Shown here in pieces: positions 43,847 to 52,115 of a DNA stretch of 53,078 nt. The notes under the pieces were generated by a model. That model searched no databases and was not told where the DNA came from. It saw only the letters and a list, made by a program, of their open reading frames with translations. Within the stretch, counting starts at the first letter, position 1, and each line of letters opens with the position of its first letter. The translations under genes and the position numbers were made by a program. Source of the stretch: a virus (lineage: Duplodnaviria > Caudoviricetes); the IMG/VR virus record IMGVR_UViG_3300033067_001252, positions 1 to 53,078 of that record; one strand, written 5' to 3'.

Positions 43847-44539
43847 CTAGAACGGAACTTCAGGTGAGAAACAAACGAACGGTCGCACGAAGAAAACTTC
43901 CTTCTTCTGGGCGTACTTTTCTGCCCCTTCAATGGCCTTCATGATTTCCTTGTGGACCTCCACGGTAGGATAGAACAACCCAGCGGTTTCCATGTACTTC
44001 CCACGGACCTTAACGGGGTAACCCTTTTCGTTCACTACGCCACCTTCGCAATTCACCCATTGTTGCTTGAGCACATAACCAACTGGGGTGCCCATGAGGG
44101 ATGCGAAAATCTTATCCACCGCTTCCACTAGGGAATCCACATCGGAGGACTCGGAAAACGCTTGTTGCAACTCAGTTGCAATTTCGTTAAATTTATCGTT
44201 CGAGCCGCAAAGACCCTGGAGAGAAGCGAGCCCTACTTGCTGGTCATAAGAGGAACAATTAGGGGAGAAACCCTTGGGATCACGGGCGATGTTGGAGTCA
44301 TAAACCCGCTTCTTCCCGGAATCCGATTCCTGTGAGGGGGCATATCCAGGGCGAAGGAAGTCAGGGTGCCAAGTGACCCACACGTTGGCCTTTGAATTCG
44401 CGCTCCCCAAAGGATTGATAACGAAATGAGTTACAAGGTACTTCCCGGTTGAACTCTGCTTCGTTGGGGAGACTTGGGCGATTTCCCCCACACAGTACTG
44501 AGTTGGCTTTGGATCTGCGCCAGATGTGATGAATGACAT
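43847..44539 (-). CDS. Putative single-stranded DNA-binding protein
   Basis: OB-fold-like N-terminus (Y...I..V....SSTGK.L), C-terminal EVPF tail, downstream of the Sak4-like ATPase. Confidence 0.55.
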   Translation of the reverse strand: MSFITSGADPKPTQYCVGEIAQVSPTKQSSTGKYLVTHFVINPLGSANSKANVWVTWHPDFLRPGYAPSQESDSGKKRVYDSNIARDPKGFSPNCSSYDQQVGLASLQGLCGSNDKFNEIATELQQAFSESSDVDSLVEAVDKIFASLMGTPVGYVLKQQWVNCEGGVVNEKGYPVKVRGKYMETAGLFYPTVEVHKEIMKAIEGAEKYAQKKEVFFVRPFVCFSPEVPF

Positions 44540-44566
44540 TTTGTTTTTAATTTTCCTTTTCTATTT

Positions 44567-44807
44567 CTAAGATTGTAGTTCTAAATACTTTTCAATTGTG
44601 TTCTTAAGTTCCCGCATTTCTGACAAGGACATCATCAAGGAATTGGAATTGTATAATTGAACAGGTCCAGTTTTGAAGTAAATCCTATGGCAGCGAATGT
44701 GGGAATTTGCTTTTGGGTCCCAGTTACCTGTCATATCAGTTGTTATGGACCAATTTACGGTTGAAAACTTCGGAGTAAATTCTATTTCGTGCTACATCTT
44801 CTTCCAT
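44567..44807 (-). pseudogene. Frameshifted small gene, or a 55-aa ORF starting at 44734
   Basis: ATG at 44807 (MEEDV) is out of frame with a 74-codon open frame HEIEFTPKF...KYLELQS; total length 241 nt. Confidence 0.55.
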
Positions 44808-44817
44808 TTTATTTTTT

Positions 44818-45663
44818 TTAACTAATCTGTGAAACTACGTTGTTGTGTAATTTTACGAAATCGGCTTCCATCTTTTCAGGTAATGTAAACCGACGTTTCG
44901 TGGCTGCGGAGATATTAAGAGCGTACTCGAACTTATCCCCGCTCCGTAGGGTTTCGAACACAACGTCAAAACCATAACGGATAAATCGTGATGCGGCACC
45001 ACTTACGTCCGGTTCGTGTTTGGCTCGAACTTCGGTTTTATCTGGGCCAACCTTTTCGGAACCGTATTTAACCGCCGTTGTAACAATCTTATGGAGGGCC
45101 TTTCCCCCTGGGTTACGTAAACCAAAGAACTCACATAGGGTGCGAATTGTTCGGTTTTTGACCTTGCCCCAACCCTTAAAAGTTTCAAAAGATCCCTCAG
45201 AGGAATCGTCATTATTCGTATCCTCTTCCACCTCCGGGATAATATTCATCTGTTGGTGGAAGGAGAACCCATCCCAGATGAGGAAATCCGGTGAGAACTC
45301 CCAAAACCCTTCGATGAGCTTGTCTGGATCATCAAGGAATTTTCCAACATCCTCATGACTGAGAGCCACCCACGCAACATTTTCTTTGAAGGCCGCTTGG
45401 TTCTTCTTCGAGTTTGCATAAACCTGCGCACCGGAGATTCCATTGTCGTCTCCTAGGTCGGTGAAGATGATAAAAACTTTAAAACCCATCGCTGCGAGTT
45501 GAGCCGCTGTGGTGGTTTTTCCAGTTTCAGATTCACCAAAGATGAGGTAATTAATTTGCCGCGAATCCCCATCTTGGCCCGCTTTCTTCATCTTCATCTT
45601 GGGGGATTTCGCTGCGGAAACTGTTGCTCCGGGGCCTAGTTTTAAAGAGGGTTTAAAATCCAT
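44818..45663 (-). CDS. AAA_24 / Sak4-like P-loop ATPase
   Basis: LIFGESETGKTT; LIWDGFS; GWG; PDVSG......YGFDVV. Confidence 0.85.
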   Translation of the reverse strand: MDFKPSLKLGPGATVSAAKSPKMKMKKAGQDGDSRQINYLIFGESETGKTTTAAQLAAMGFKVFIIFTDLGDDNGISGAQVYANSKKNQAAFKENVAWVALSHEDVGKFLDDPDKLIEGFWEFSPDFLIWDGFSFHQQMNIIPEVEEDTNNDDSSEGSFETFKGWGKVKNRTIRTLCEFFGLRNPGGKALHKIVTTAVKYGSEKVGPDKTEVRAKHEPDVSGAASRFIRYGFDVVFETLRSGDKFEYALNISAATKRRFTLPEKMEADFVKLHNNVVSQIS

Positions 45664-45857
45664 TAATTACCCTCGCTTTGCTGGAACCGTTCTGGCATAT
45701 ACTTCTTCTCGATTGAGAGAATGAACTCATTGCAATCACTTAAAATTGTATCCGCAAACGGCTCCCCTAGTTCCCCATAAGAGAGGGTGATTCCTAGGGT
45801 TACCTTCCCGCGTTGGTTCTCGATTACGGAACCTACTTTTGTCGTAGATTTAGTCAT
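45663..45857 (-). CDS. Hypothetical protein (64 aa)
   Basis: Coupled ORF. Confidence 0.7.
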   Translation of the reverse strand: MTKSTTKVGSVIENQRGKVTLGITLSYGELGEPFADTILSDCNEFILSIEKKYMPERFQQSEGN

Positions 45858-46050
45858 TTTCCTTCGTTTCCTTTATAAATTCTTCAATCGCCGCCGCCAA
45901 AGATTTGAAATTGTTCTTACTCAGATAAATAGATTCACTCGATTCTCCCATCTCTGTAGATAGTTCAATTTCTGTGGTCTTAGCATGTGTGCGAATTGTA
46001 ATATTACCAACAGTTGTTACAACACGCTGTATTACGTTCTTATGTGTCAT
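45850..46050 (-). CDS. Hypothetical protein (66 aa)
   Basis: Coupled ORF. Confidence 0.7.
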   Translation of the reverse strand: MTHKNVIQRVVTTVGNITIRTHAKTTEIELSTEMGESSESIYLSKNNFKSLAAAIEEFIKETKEND

Positions 46051-46928
46051 TAATTTTCCTTAATCTTCTCGAATGCCTTCCGCCAAATCCTCTCTAACGC
46101 CGCGTGAACCATCTTTCCCACATTTGTGTTATCCTCATCCTTTTCCTCTAAACGTTCGATCTCCATTCTGCGGTATCTCTCGGGGCACCTTAGGAACATC
46201 TCCCTCCGAGAATAGGACATCTCTCTTAGTTCAATGGTTCTTTGCGGCATTGTGTTGTTTTCGCAATCTTTTAAGAAGGGACATACATAGCCGAAATCAT
46301 CACAAGATTGGGTGTTCTTGGGCCACACCTCCCATTCCTTAAGCGACTCCCGCATCACATCAATTCCTGCGATCCTGTGAGCCACGTCCGGTACAAGGGA
46401 TTCAGGTAGATTGAGAATGACTTCTCTAGACCTTTTAGCAGGTTCGCCTTCTTCGCCCTTCTTACGCCAGTCAATGGAACGAGACAGACCGCGATATATG
46501 AATAACGTCGCCGCAGATTCACGAAACTTATATTCCCTCCATTGATACGAGCGAAGACAACGGGTACGCCATGCGTCATTATCAACGGGAGAATTCGTGG
46601 TTTTCCAATCGATAATAACGAGGGAATCCTTAAAAGTTTTAAACGGCTCGATGGTTCCTTTACAGCGTGCGACAATATCAAGGAAAGCTCTGCCTTCGCC
46701 GTAGGGTTTCTCACACTCAATTTCATAGAATTCCTGTAAATCCCGAGCTAAATATGAGTCACACGCAATGCAAGCGAGTTCACATATTTCTTTCCAATCT
46801 TCCCCACTAAGACGATCCGCACCGGGTAGGGTTAGGAGTTCCTCGTTGATGGCACTTATGTCAAGCCACTGAAGGAGTTCTTTGGTGTCGATCTCTAGGT
46901 AGTCGTTTCCTTTCTTAGGTAGTTGCAT
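46050..46928 (-). CDS. PD-(D/E)XK (Cas4/AddB-like) nuclease, circularly permuted
   Basis: E...LD...IIDWKT...Q...Y core; C-x6-C-x5-C; then SYS...F.RCP..Y...G..VHAALE at the C-terminus. Confidence 0.88.
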   Translation of the reverse strand: MQLPKKGNDYLEIDTKELLQWLDISAINEELLTLPGADRLSGEDWKEICELACIACDSYLARDLQEFYEIECEKPYGEGRAFLDIVARCKGTIEPFKTFKDSLVIIDWKTTNSPVDNDAWRTRCLRSYQWREYKFRESAATLFIYRGLSRSIDWRKKGEEGEPAKRSREVILNLPESLVPDVAHRIAGIDVMRESLKEWEVWPKNTQSCDDFGYVCPFLKDCENNTMPQRTIELREMSYSRREMFLRCPERYRRMEIERLEEKDEDNTNVGKMVHAALERIWRKAFEKIKEN

Positions 46929-47121
46929 TTCCCGCCTCTTCCAATGGGCACCAATCTGGAATCATAGGATAGTTTTCTAAATCCCTATCTTCCCCTAGAT
47001 GCTCATGATTACAAAGTTGACCGTATACCTTGTGTTTTGTGAATAAGGAGAACAAATTGGGGCAATCCTTACATGAAGAAATTTTAACTATTCTCATAAA
47101 GTTTCCTCGGCCTTCCCCCAC
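46915..47121 (-). CDS. Small Cys-rich phage protein (likely start MRIVKI)
   Basis: SCKDCP...C...IPDWCPL motif. Confidence 0.75.
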   Translation of the reverse strand: MGEGRGNFMRIVKISSCKDCPNLFSLFTKHKVYGQLCNHEHLGEDRDLENYPMIPDWCPLEEAGNATT

Positions 47122-47353
47122 GATTCATCGTAAGAACCCCTCTCGCCTTCGAGAAATCAAACTTCCACCCCAGGGAACCGAAGATCATCTCCCTTCGTTG
47201 GCGTTCACAATTATGTGGGTGCGCGCGGGTTCCCCCAAGTGTCTTGTCAAATTGTTTAAACGACAGGTACTCCTGTGATGCCGTCAACCCATAGGGATCG
47301 TTTGGGTCCTTTCGGGTCCACCCTGGGTTTGGGGAGCTTTTCGCCTTTTTCAT
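47084..47353 (-). CDS. Basic hypothetical protein with an AT-hook-like GRPRK
   Basis: GAGGTG RBS. Confidence 0.65.
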   Translation of the reverse strand: MKKAKSSPNPGWTRKDPNDPYGLTASQEYLSFKQFDKTLGGTRAHPHNCERQRREMIFGSLGWKFDFSKARGVLTMNRGGRPRKLYENS

Positions 47354-47492
47354 TTTTCACCTCCTCGCTTCGCACGATTTTTCCACCGTGGGAGTGTTCG
47401 ATGGAGATCACCCAACGGTCTTGTGTTTCAATTTTGTTACAAACGGGGCAGTAGAAGTATTTTAGTTTTTCCTTCTTCGCATTTGGGGGCAT
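47256..47492 (-). CDS. Small Zn-ribbon-like protein
   Basis: CPVC...HSH; 98-nt overlap with the downstream gene. Confidence 0.6.
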   Translation of the reverse strand: MPPNAKKEKLKYFYCPVCNKIETQDRWVISIEHSHGGKIVRSEEVKNEKGEKLPKPRVDPKGPKRSLWVDGITGVPVV

Positions 47493-47501
47493 AGTTCTAG
47501 G

Positions 47502-47621
47502 TTACCACCCCCAAGTTTTCACATAGTATGATCCAATTACCGCAAGGCTGTAGTCAAATAATACTACCCAAAGTATGTAAGTAAGCTCTGAGCAATTAAT
47601 GGTATCTTGTATATATTTCAT
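47502..47621 (-). CDS. 39-aa hydrophobic peptide
   Basis: MKYIQDTINCSELTYILWVVLFDYSLAVIGSYYVKTWGW fills the gap after the DUF2778 gene. Confidence 0.4.
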   Translation of the reverse strand: MKYIQDTINCSELTYILWVVLFDYSLAVIGSYYVKTWGW

Positions 47622-47628
47622 ATGATCA

Positions 47629-47991
47629 CTAGATTACCACCAACCAAGGATCACCACTCTCCGCAATCATCTTCCGAATGTCCAACGGTAGGATAATACA
47701 CCCGGTAGAAGCGCTCCCAGGGTTTGTAATCGAATCCCCGTGGATTAGGAATTGCGAACGGGAGAACATCTCATTTCCCTTCGCGGGGGTGAGCCGTAGC
47801 ACGAAGATCCCTAAATTTGCTACCTCGATGGGCTCCCCAATCTGATACAAACCCCTTGGGATAGGACCCTTGTTGCGCAAAATTTGGGCGGCTTTGGAAT
47901 TTTTATACTCGGGGGCACCGGAATAACCTCTTGCGAGGATTTTATCGTTATTACGTTGGATGTCCCCGGTTTGTTGGTTATAGATCCACAT
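47629..47991 (-). CDS. DUF2778/Tlde1-domain (L,D-transpeptidase fold) peptidoglycan-active protein; candidate lysin
   Basis: GYSG, GPIPRGLY, LRLTP, RS.FLIHGD, ASTGCII (His...Cys). Confidence 0.85.
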   Translation of the reverse strand: MWIYNQQTGDIQRNNDKILARGYSGAPEYKNSKAAQILRNKGPIPRGLYQIGEPIEVANLGIFVLRLTPAKGNEMFSRSQFLIHGDSITNPGSASTGCIILPLDIRKMIAESGDPWLVVI

Positions 47992-48000
47992 TTTAAAAAT

Positions 48001-49044
48001 TTAACTCCTCTCCAAGTATTCAGGTGAAACGGCCTTTAGCTTCCGTCCCGTTCGTAAATTTCGGATAACAATCCCTTCGCGGATTTGCTTAAGATCCCCG
48101 TATTTACGTGCCAGAACTGAGGGACCAGAAATGTAAGACTTCACAACTTCGTCACTGAAAGGGCCTTCATACAATTTTGGCACAACTGGGGTGGCATCAG
48201 GGAATTTATTCTCAATATCCGTTGGGTCTAGGAATCCCACTGAAGGGTGGTAGATATCAAAAATAACGAGTTTAATCTCATCCCCAATTCCGTAATGAAG
48301 ATCCTGGACTTTCCCATAGATTTCCCCATATACGATCACCCCAGGGTTGGCCTCAAGGTAGTTAACCAAAGTTGGGTTGTCCTTAAGAACGCCCCAATAA
48401 ACATCCCCTTCTTCATTGGAACGCCATAGATTACGGGAGCCCACGAAAAGGCGGTGGTTAAAGTTTTTAAGGAAGCGTCCAAATAAACTACGCCATAGAG
48501 GCAATTCACGAGGCTCCTGGAATGTGGCCCGCCAATTTGCCCCATGAATCTTTTCCGTTATCACAATAGGATCACCGTCTTGGAAGAACTCCTTCCCATA
48601 ACGGAAGTAAGATTCGATGTCATATGTGGAACCCTCAAAGGTGGGGACAATATCCTTTCGGATAACCCGTAACTCGCGTGCACTCTTAGGACCACCGAAT
48701 GAGCGCTCCGGGGGAACATAGTGGGTGACCCCAAGAATTTCCGCAACATCGTCTCCTACAGAACTTCCCGTGGGCGCTTTTAAAACCAAACCTTGGGAGG
48801 TCACACCCCGGAGTTTCATCGCCTTCACCCGGAACTTCTTACTTCGGAGGAATTCATATTCGGGGAGCTCTGGGAGAATGTTATCTGGGGGAACATAACA
48901 TGCTAAGTCACCCACTTTAAACTCCGAACTTCTTACAATACATTCGTAGCCGTAAAATTTCACTATCGAAAGGGAATCCGCATTTGGGTGTTTCTCAATT
49001 TCGGAAATGCGGAATACTTCCACTTTATGGGTTGAGTTACTCAT
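48001..49044 (-). CDS. ATP-dependent RNA ligase (DRB0094/Rnl5-like)
   Basis: N-terminal HPNADSL...KLRGVTSQGL domain; TEKIHGAN (KxxG); YGEIYG; FDI; REGIVI; LKAVS.EYL. Confidence 0.92.
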   Translation of the reverse strand: MSNSTHKVEVFRISEIEKHPNADSLSIVKFYGYECIVRSSEFKVGDLACYVPPDNILPELPEYEFLRSKKFRVKAMKLRGVTSQGLVLKAPTGSSVGDDVAEILGVTHYVPPERSFGGPKSARELRVIRKDIVPTFEGSTYDIESYFRYGKEFFQDGDPIVITEKIHGANWRATFQEPRELPLWRSLFGRFLKNFNHRLFVGSRNLWRSNEEGDVYWGVLKDNPTLVNYLEANPGVIVYGEIYGKVQDLHYGIGDEIKLVIFDIYHPSVGFLDPTDIENKFPDATPVVPKLYEGPFSDEVVKSYISGPSVLARKYGDLKQIREGIVIRNLRTGRKLKAVSPEYLERS

Positions 49045-49203
49045 TTACATTTTCTCCAAATTAACCCAAAGAATTCCCCACAAATATCCCTGGATGGCGC
49101 ATATTGGAAAGTTTACGTACCATGGGATAGCGTTTTTCTTACAAAAGTTTCCAATCGACCAACCTGCTGCAAACGAACAAAGTAAACAAATTACACCCAT
49201 CAT
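49045..49203 (-). CDS. 52-aa membrane protein (not in the ORF track)
   Basis: ATGA overlap upstream and stop adjacent to the next ATG; two hydrophobic segments. Confidence 0.65.
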   Translation of the reverse strand: MMGVICLLCSFAAGWSIGNFCKKNAIPWYVNFPICAIQGYLWGILWVNLEKM

Positions 49204-49844
49204 TCCTTAGTTTCTCCTTCCTCACTCTTTTCAAGAATTAATTCATAATCCGCCTCAATCGCTTCCTCATTAGCCTCGCTCTCTAGGAAGTTTTCAAGAT
49301 CGGAACGGTTCATCATCACTCCTACGCGTTCTTTCTTTTGCTCGAATACGCTGGCGTCATCTTGGATTAACTGAGCCCACTTTAAGGCCCCCTTTGAATC
49401 CCCTTTTAAAACGGCTTCGGTTAAAAACTTACTACGTGCGGCTTGAACCATCATTCTCTCGATATCGGGGGAACTTCTGTGGGCGATTATGAAATCCAGT
49501 TGGAACGCTTTCTCAAGGGCCTTACGAGTTTCAAGCGTAACCGGAATCCCGCATTCTTCCATCGCCTTTGTTAGGGGTTTTCCTTCCCCTAGTTTAGATT
49601 TTAAAGTTTCTAATTGAGGGAGGTATTCAACCACCTTTCTCCTAACACTTACGTTAGACAAACCCAGTGCGTCGGCTCTCATCACCTCTGTTTGGTCCTC
49701 ACTGGGGTTTAGCGGAACGGCAAAGTTTTCATCAGCCTTTGAGAACATTTGATTCTCGATGTCATTAATGAACCTTTCGGCTTTGTTAGGTTTTTTCTTT
49801 CGTTTCGGTTTTGGTTGTGGTGAGAGGGGGTTTAAAATTTTCAT
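49200..49844 (-). CDS. Hypothetical helical protein, possible terminase small subunit
   Basis: HTH-like LTKAMEECGI; AVLKGDSKGALKW; C-terminal IEADYE; own promoter; function is a weak inference. Confidence 0.6.
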   Translation of the reverse strand: MKILNPLSPQPKPKRKKKPNKAERFINDIENQMFSKADENFAVPLNPSEDQTEVMRADALGLSNVSVRRKVVEYLPQLETLKSKLGEGKPLTKAMEECGIPVTLETRKALEKAFQLDFIIAHRSSPDIERMMVQAARSKFLTEAVLKGDSKGALKWAQLIQDDASVFEQKKERVGVMMNRSDLENFLESEANEEAIEADYELILEKSEEGETKE

Positions 49845-49855
49845 ATGAAATAGAT

Positions 49856-49873
49856 GTGTATAATTCTATACAC
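49856..49873. promoter_or_regulatory. Operator-like palindrome GTGTA-N8-TACAC
   Basis: GTGTATA-attc-TATACAC, 20 bp downstream of the -10. Confidence 0.6.
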
Positions 49874-49893
49874 TTCGCAAATGGGATAAAAAT

Positions 49894-49922
49894 ATAGTAC
49901 CATCTTTCAGGTACCTTGTCAA
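49894..49922 (-). promoter_or_regulatory. Sigma70-type promoter
   Basis: TTGACA (49922-17), 17 bp, TACTAT (49899-94), with a TG extension. Confidence 0.8.
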
Positions 49923-49932
49923 ATCCCCTTCG

Positions 49933-50145
49933 TTAAGTGGTTTCTAGATCGGAGAGTTTACTCTGGAACTCTTGGAGGAGTTTTATTAATTTTGGAATAT
50001 CCTCCTTTTCGCGCCATAAACTTTCTTGATAATCTCGATTGTAAATTTCTATAGGTGCGCCAGAGGGTACGGTTACTTCTAGCAAGAGATTATCCTCATC
50101 TGTGGTCAGGATTAGATAAGAGCCTTTGTTTGTAACTTTCGTCAT
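49933..50145 (-). CDS. Hypothetical protein (70 aa)
   Basis: AAAGGA RBS. Confidence 0.75.
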   Translation of the reverse strand: MTKVTNKGSYLILTTDEDNLLLEVTVPSGAPIEIYNRDYQESLWREKEDIPKLIKLLQEFQSKLSDLETT

Positions 50146-50155
50146 TTTCTTTCCT

Positions 50156-50452
50156 TTAGTAAACTGTGTAAGCTACCTTACACTCCACTTTCTCACCCCA
50201 CTTGCGTTCCACAGCGTCAGTTAAAATATTTAAGAATCCTTGGGAAAACTCCACCTTCGTCTTAGGTCCCGTATTAGAGGGGTGATAGGGACCGCTTACG
50301 ACAAGTTTTCCCCCGACATTACGCCTAGCTATACAATCACGGACGACTTGGAATACGGAAGAGTCTTGGATTGTGTAGAGATCGAATAAGAGGTAAGTCT
50401 TTCCCGTGGGGAGTTTTTTCATTCTAGGATTTGATAGAATCGTCTGAGTCAT
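50156..50452 (-). CDS. Hypothetical protein, weakly SpoVG-like (start revised to MTQTIL)
   Basis: ATGA coupling at 50449-50452. Confidence 0.65.
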   Translation of the reverse strand: MTQTILSNPRMKKLPTGKTYLLFDLYTIQDSSVFQVVRDCIARRNVGGKLVVSGPYHPSNTGPKTKVEFSQGFLNILTDAVERKWGEKVECKVAYTVY

Positions 50453-50583
50453 TTCTTCAACTGGTTCGCCATAATAAGAGTCCACATTCCAGCGATGGTC
50501 GCCCAATCGTACCACTGGTGTTTGACTAAAAATGAGGTGATACCTACACAAAGCGCAATGAACATATTTTCTTTGAAAGTCAT
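50449..50583 (-). CDS. 44-aa membrane protein (not in the ORF track)
   Basis: MTFKENMFIALCVGITSFLVKHQWYDWATIAGMWTLIMANQLKK; ATGA overlaps at both ends. Confidence 0.7.
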   Translation of the reverse strand: MTFKENMFIALCVGITSFLVKHQWYDWATIAGMWTLIMANQLKK

Positions 50584-50948
50584 TTTAAAGGATTCTCCAA
50601 TTTAGATTCTCTAAGTTTCACCCTTGAGGTGGCCCACTTTTCACTTTTCAACTCAAGCGGATTTCCATAGTTCACAAGGGTGTAGCTAAGGAGGTGGTAT
50701 AAACGTTTAACCACAAGTGTGCCGAAAAGGGCTTGGTCGATCTTCCGGTGGCCGACTTTGACTTGGGGAGGGCGGATAATTCCCCCACTCACTCTCATTT
50801 GGCGGATTAAAATATTATTTCCCCCCGAGCAAAGCCCTAAGTCAAACCTCATAAACGGCCTCCCCGCTCTGGAAGTGAGGAATTCGAGATTAAAGATGAA
50901 AAGCTCCTCACTTCCGATGGGGTTATTAACGTAAGAATAAAAGCTCAC
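50580..50948 (-). CDS. Hypothetical protein, weakly SpoVG-like
   Basis: GTGA coupling; FDL...IR..RV.GG...PP...F. Confidence 0.7.
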   Translation of the reverse strand: MSFYSYVNNPIGSEELFIFNLEFLTSRAGRPFMRFDLGLCSGGNNILIRQMRVSGGIIRPPQVKVGHRKIDQALFGTLVVKRLYHLLSYTLVNYGNPLELKSEKWATSRVKLRESKLENPLK

Positions 50949-51331
50949 ATCCCTTCAAGGAAGTCCTTGGCTTTTAACACAGCGGCATTCCATTCTTGTT
51001 CCCCGCATTCCTCACCTAAATAGCGATAGTTGTATTCTTTAATATTCCCATGTACCTCTACTCTGTTGCTATGTCTAATGATCTTGTTTACCTGAACATC
51101 TCGAAGACCATATTCTCCAATAGTTGCAGACTTAATATGTGTAAACGCGGTGCATCTTTCGGTTACGTCCTTGAAGAATTTTCCAACGTATTCTATCTGT
51201 TCTCTCCTGGTTAACTCTGCCTCAAGAGGCTTCATCGCGTTGTAGATAGGAACGCATTGGTTTTTAAGATCCTCTAGCCTTGCATTCAATTCATCGTTTG
51301 TTAAATCTTTTAATTCCATTCTGTTTCCCAC
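50945..51331 (-). CDS. Hypothetical protein (128 aa)
   Basis: Coupled ORF. Confidence 0.75.
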   Translation of the reverse strand: MGNRMELKDLTNDELNARLEDLKNQCVPIYNAMKPLEAELTRREQIEYVGKFFKDVTERCTAFTHIKSATIGEYGLRDVQVNKIIRHSNRVEVHGNIKEYNYRYLGEECGEQEWNAAVLKAKDFLEGM

Positions 51332-51492
51332 CTTCCTGGTTTGGGTCCAAATAAATCCGCTAACCTCCGGTGTTCATATTCCTCGTATTCATCCATTAAA
51401 AACATGAGTTCCTCATCTTCTTGACCCTTTAGAGGGGGAACTTCGTAGTCTTGGGGGTCGGGTAACTCTAGTCGTCGTGTCTCAGTTGCCAT
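51310..51492 (-). CDS. Acidic hypothetical protein (60 aa)
   Basis: GAGGA RBS. Confidence 0.7.
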   Translation of the reverse strand: MATETRRLELPDPQDYEVPPLKGQEDEELMFLMDEYEEYEHRRLADLFGPKPGRWETEWN

Positions 51493-51644
51493 TCGTGTTC
51501 CTCTACGGCATCATTAACTGCGTCTTGGATGTTTTCAAAAGCAAACTTTGATGTAGTATCCGAGATCCACTCATCATTCTCCGGGTCATAGTGAACGCGG
51601 GTGGAGCCGATGTAGAAGGATAACTTTGTGGGATCTAAGGGCAT
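51468..51644 (-). CDS. 58-aa acidic hypothetical protein (not in the ORF track)
   Basis: MPLDPTKLSFYIGSTRVHYDPENDEW...; AAGGAG upstream; fills the gap. Confidence 0.65.
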   Translation of the reverse strand: MPLDPTKLSFYIGSTRVHYDPENDEWISDTTSKFAFENIQDAVNDAVEEHEWQLRHDD

Positions 51645-51898
51645 TCTTTCTTCTCCTTTGGTTCGTGGGTGTGATAGAAATTACCCCACTGAGATTTCTT
51701 ATACAACTCTCCGCAATCATCACAGAGCGGCGCACCACACACAAATTGTCCACAATAATTACAATGTCTCGTTATGGGGGCACCACAGGAGCAACACTTT
51801 TCTTTGCTATGTTCCGCACACCGATCATTTTCAACTACGGGTTTTCCACAACGGTTGTGGGAATAAACAAGAAGGACGTTACATTTCGGTTGTGTCAT
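51635..51898 (-). CDS. Cys/His-rich multi-zinc-finger protein
   Basis: C..C..CAEH, CCSC, CNYC, C...LCDDC, HTH. Confidence 0.8.
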   Translation of the reverse strand: MTQPKCNVLLVYSHNRCGKPVVENDRCAEHSKEKCCSCGAPITRHCNYCGQFVCGAPLCDDCGELYKKSQWGNFYHTHEPKEKKECP

Positions 51899-52115
51899 TT
51901 TCTTTTAAATTTTTAATCCTCTCTAAGAGAGTCTCAACAACGGAGGCCCTCGTTTCGTCCTCTGAATCAGTTCGGGAGATGTTTGTAGTTTCCCCCTTTT
52001 CCCGCCAAGCTGACCCCCAGGGAACTAAACACAGTCTTCCAGCATACCCCGACTTGTGTTTGTGTTTAGTTGTGGTGAGGAATAACGGGTGTTTTTCACT
52101 TATTGCTTGGCCCAT
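51879..52115 (-). CDS. Hypothetical protein (78 aa)
   Basis: GAGGT RBS; coupled. Confidence 0.6.
   Translation of the reverse strand: MGQAISEKHPLFLTTTKHKHKSGYAGRLCLVPWGSAWREKGETTNISRTDSEDETRASVVETLLERIKNLKENDTTEM

Noticed and set aside
35529-44807. Stop-codon (TAG) reassignment explaining the broken small genes
   Set aside because: Many intact genes end in TAG directly before the next gene, and read-through at 35643 meets TAA within a few codons
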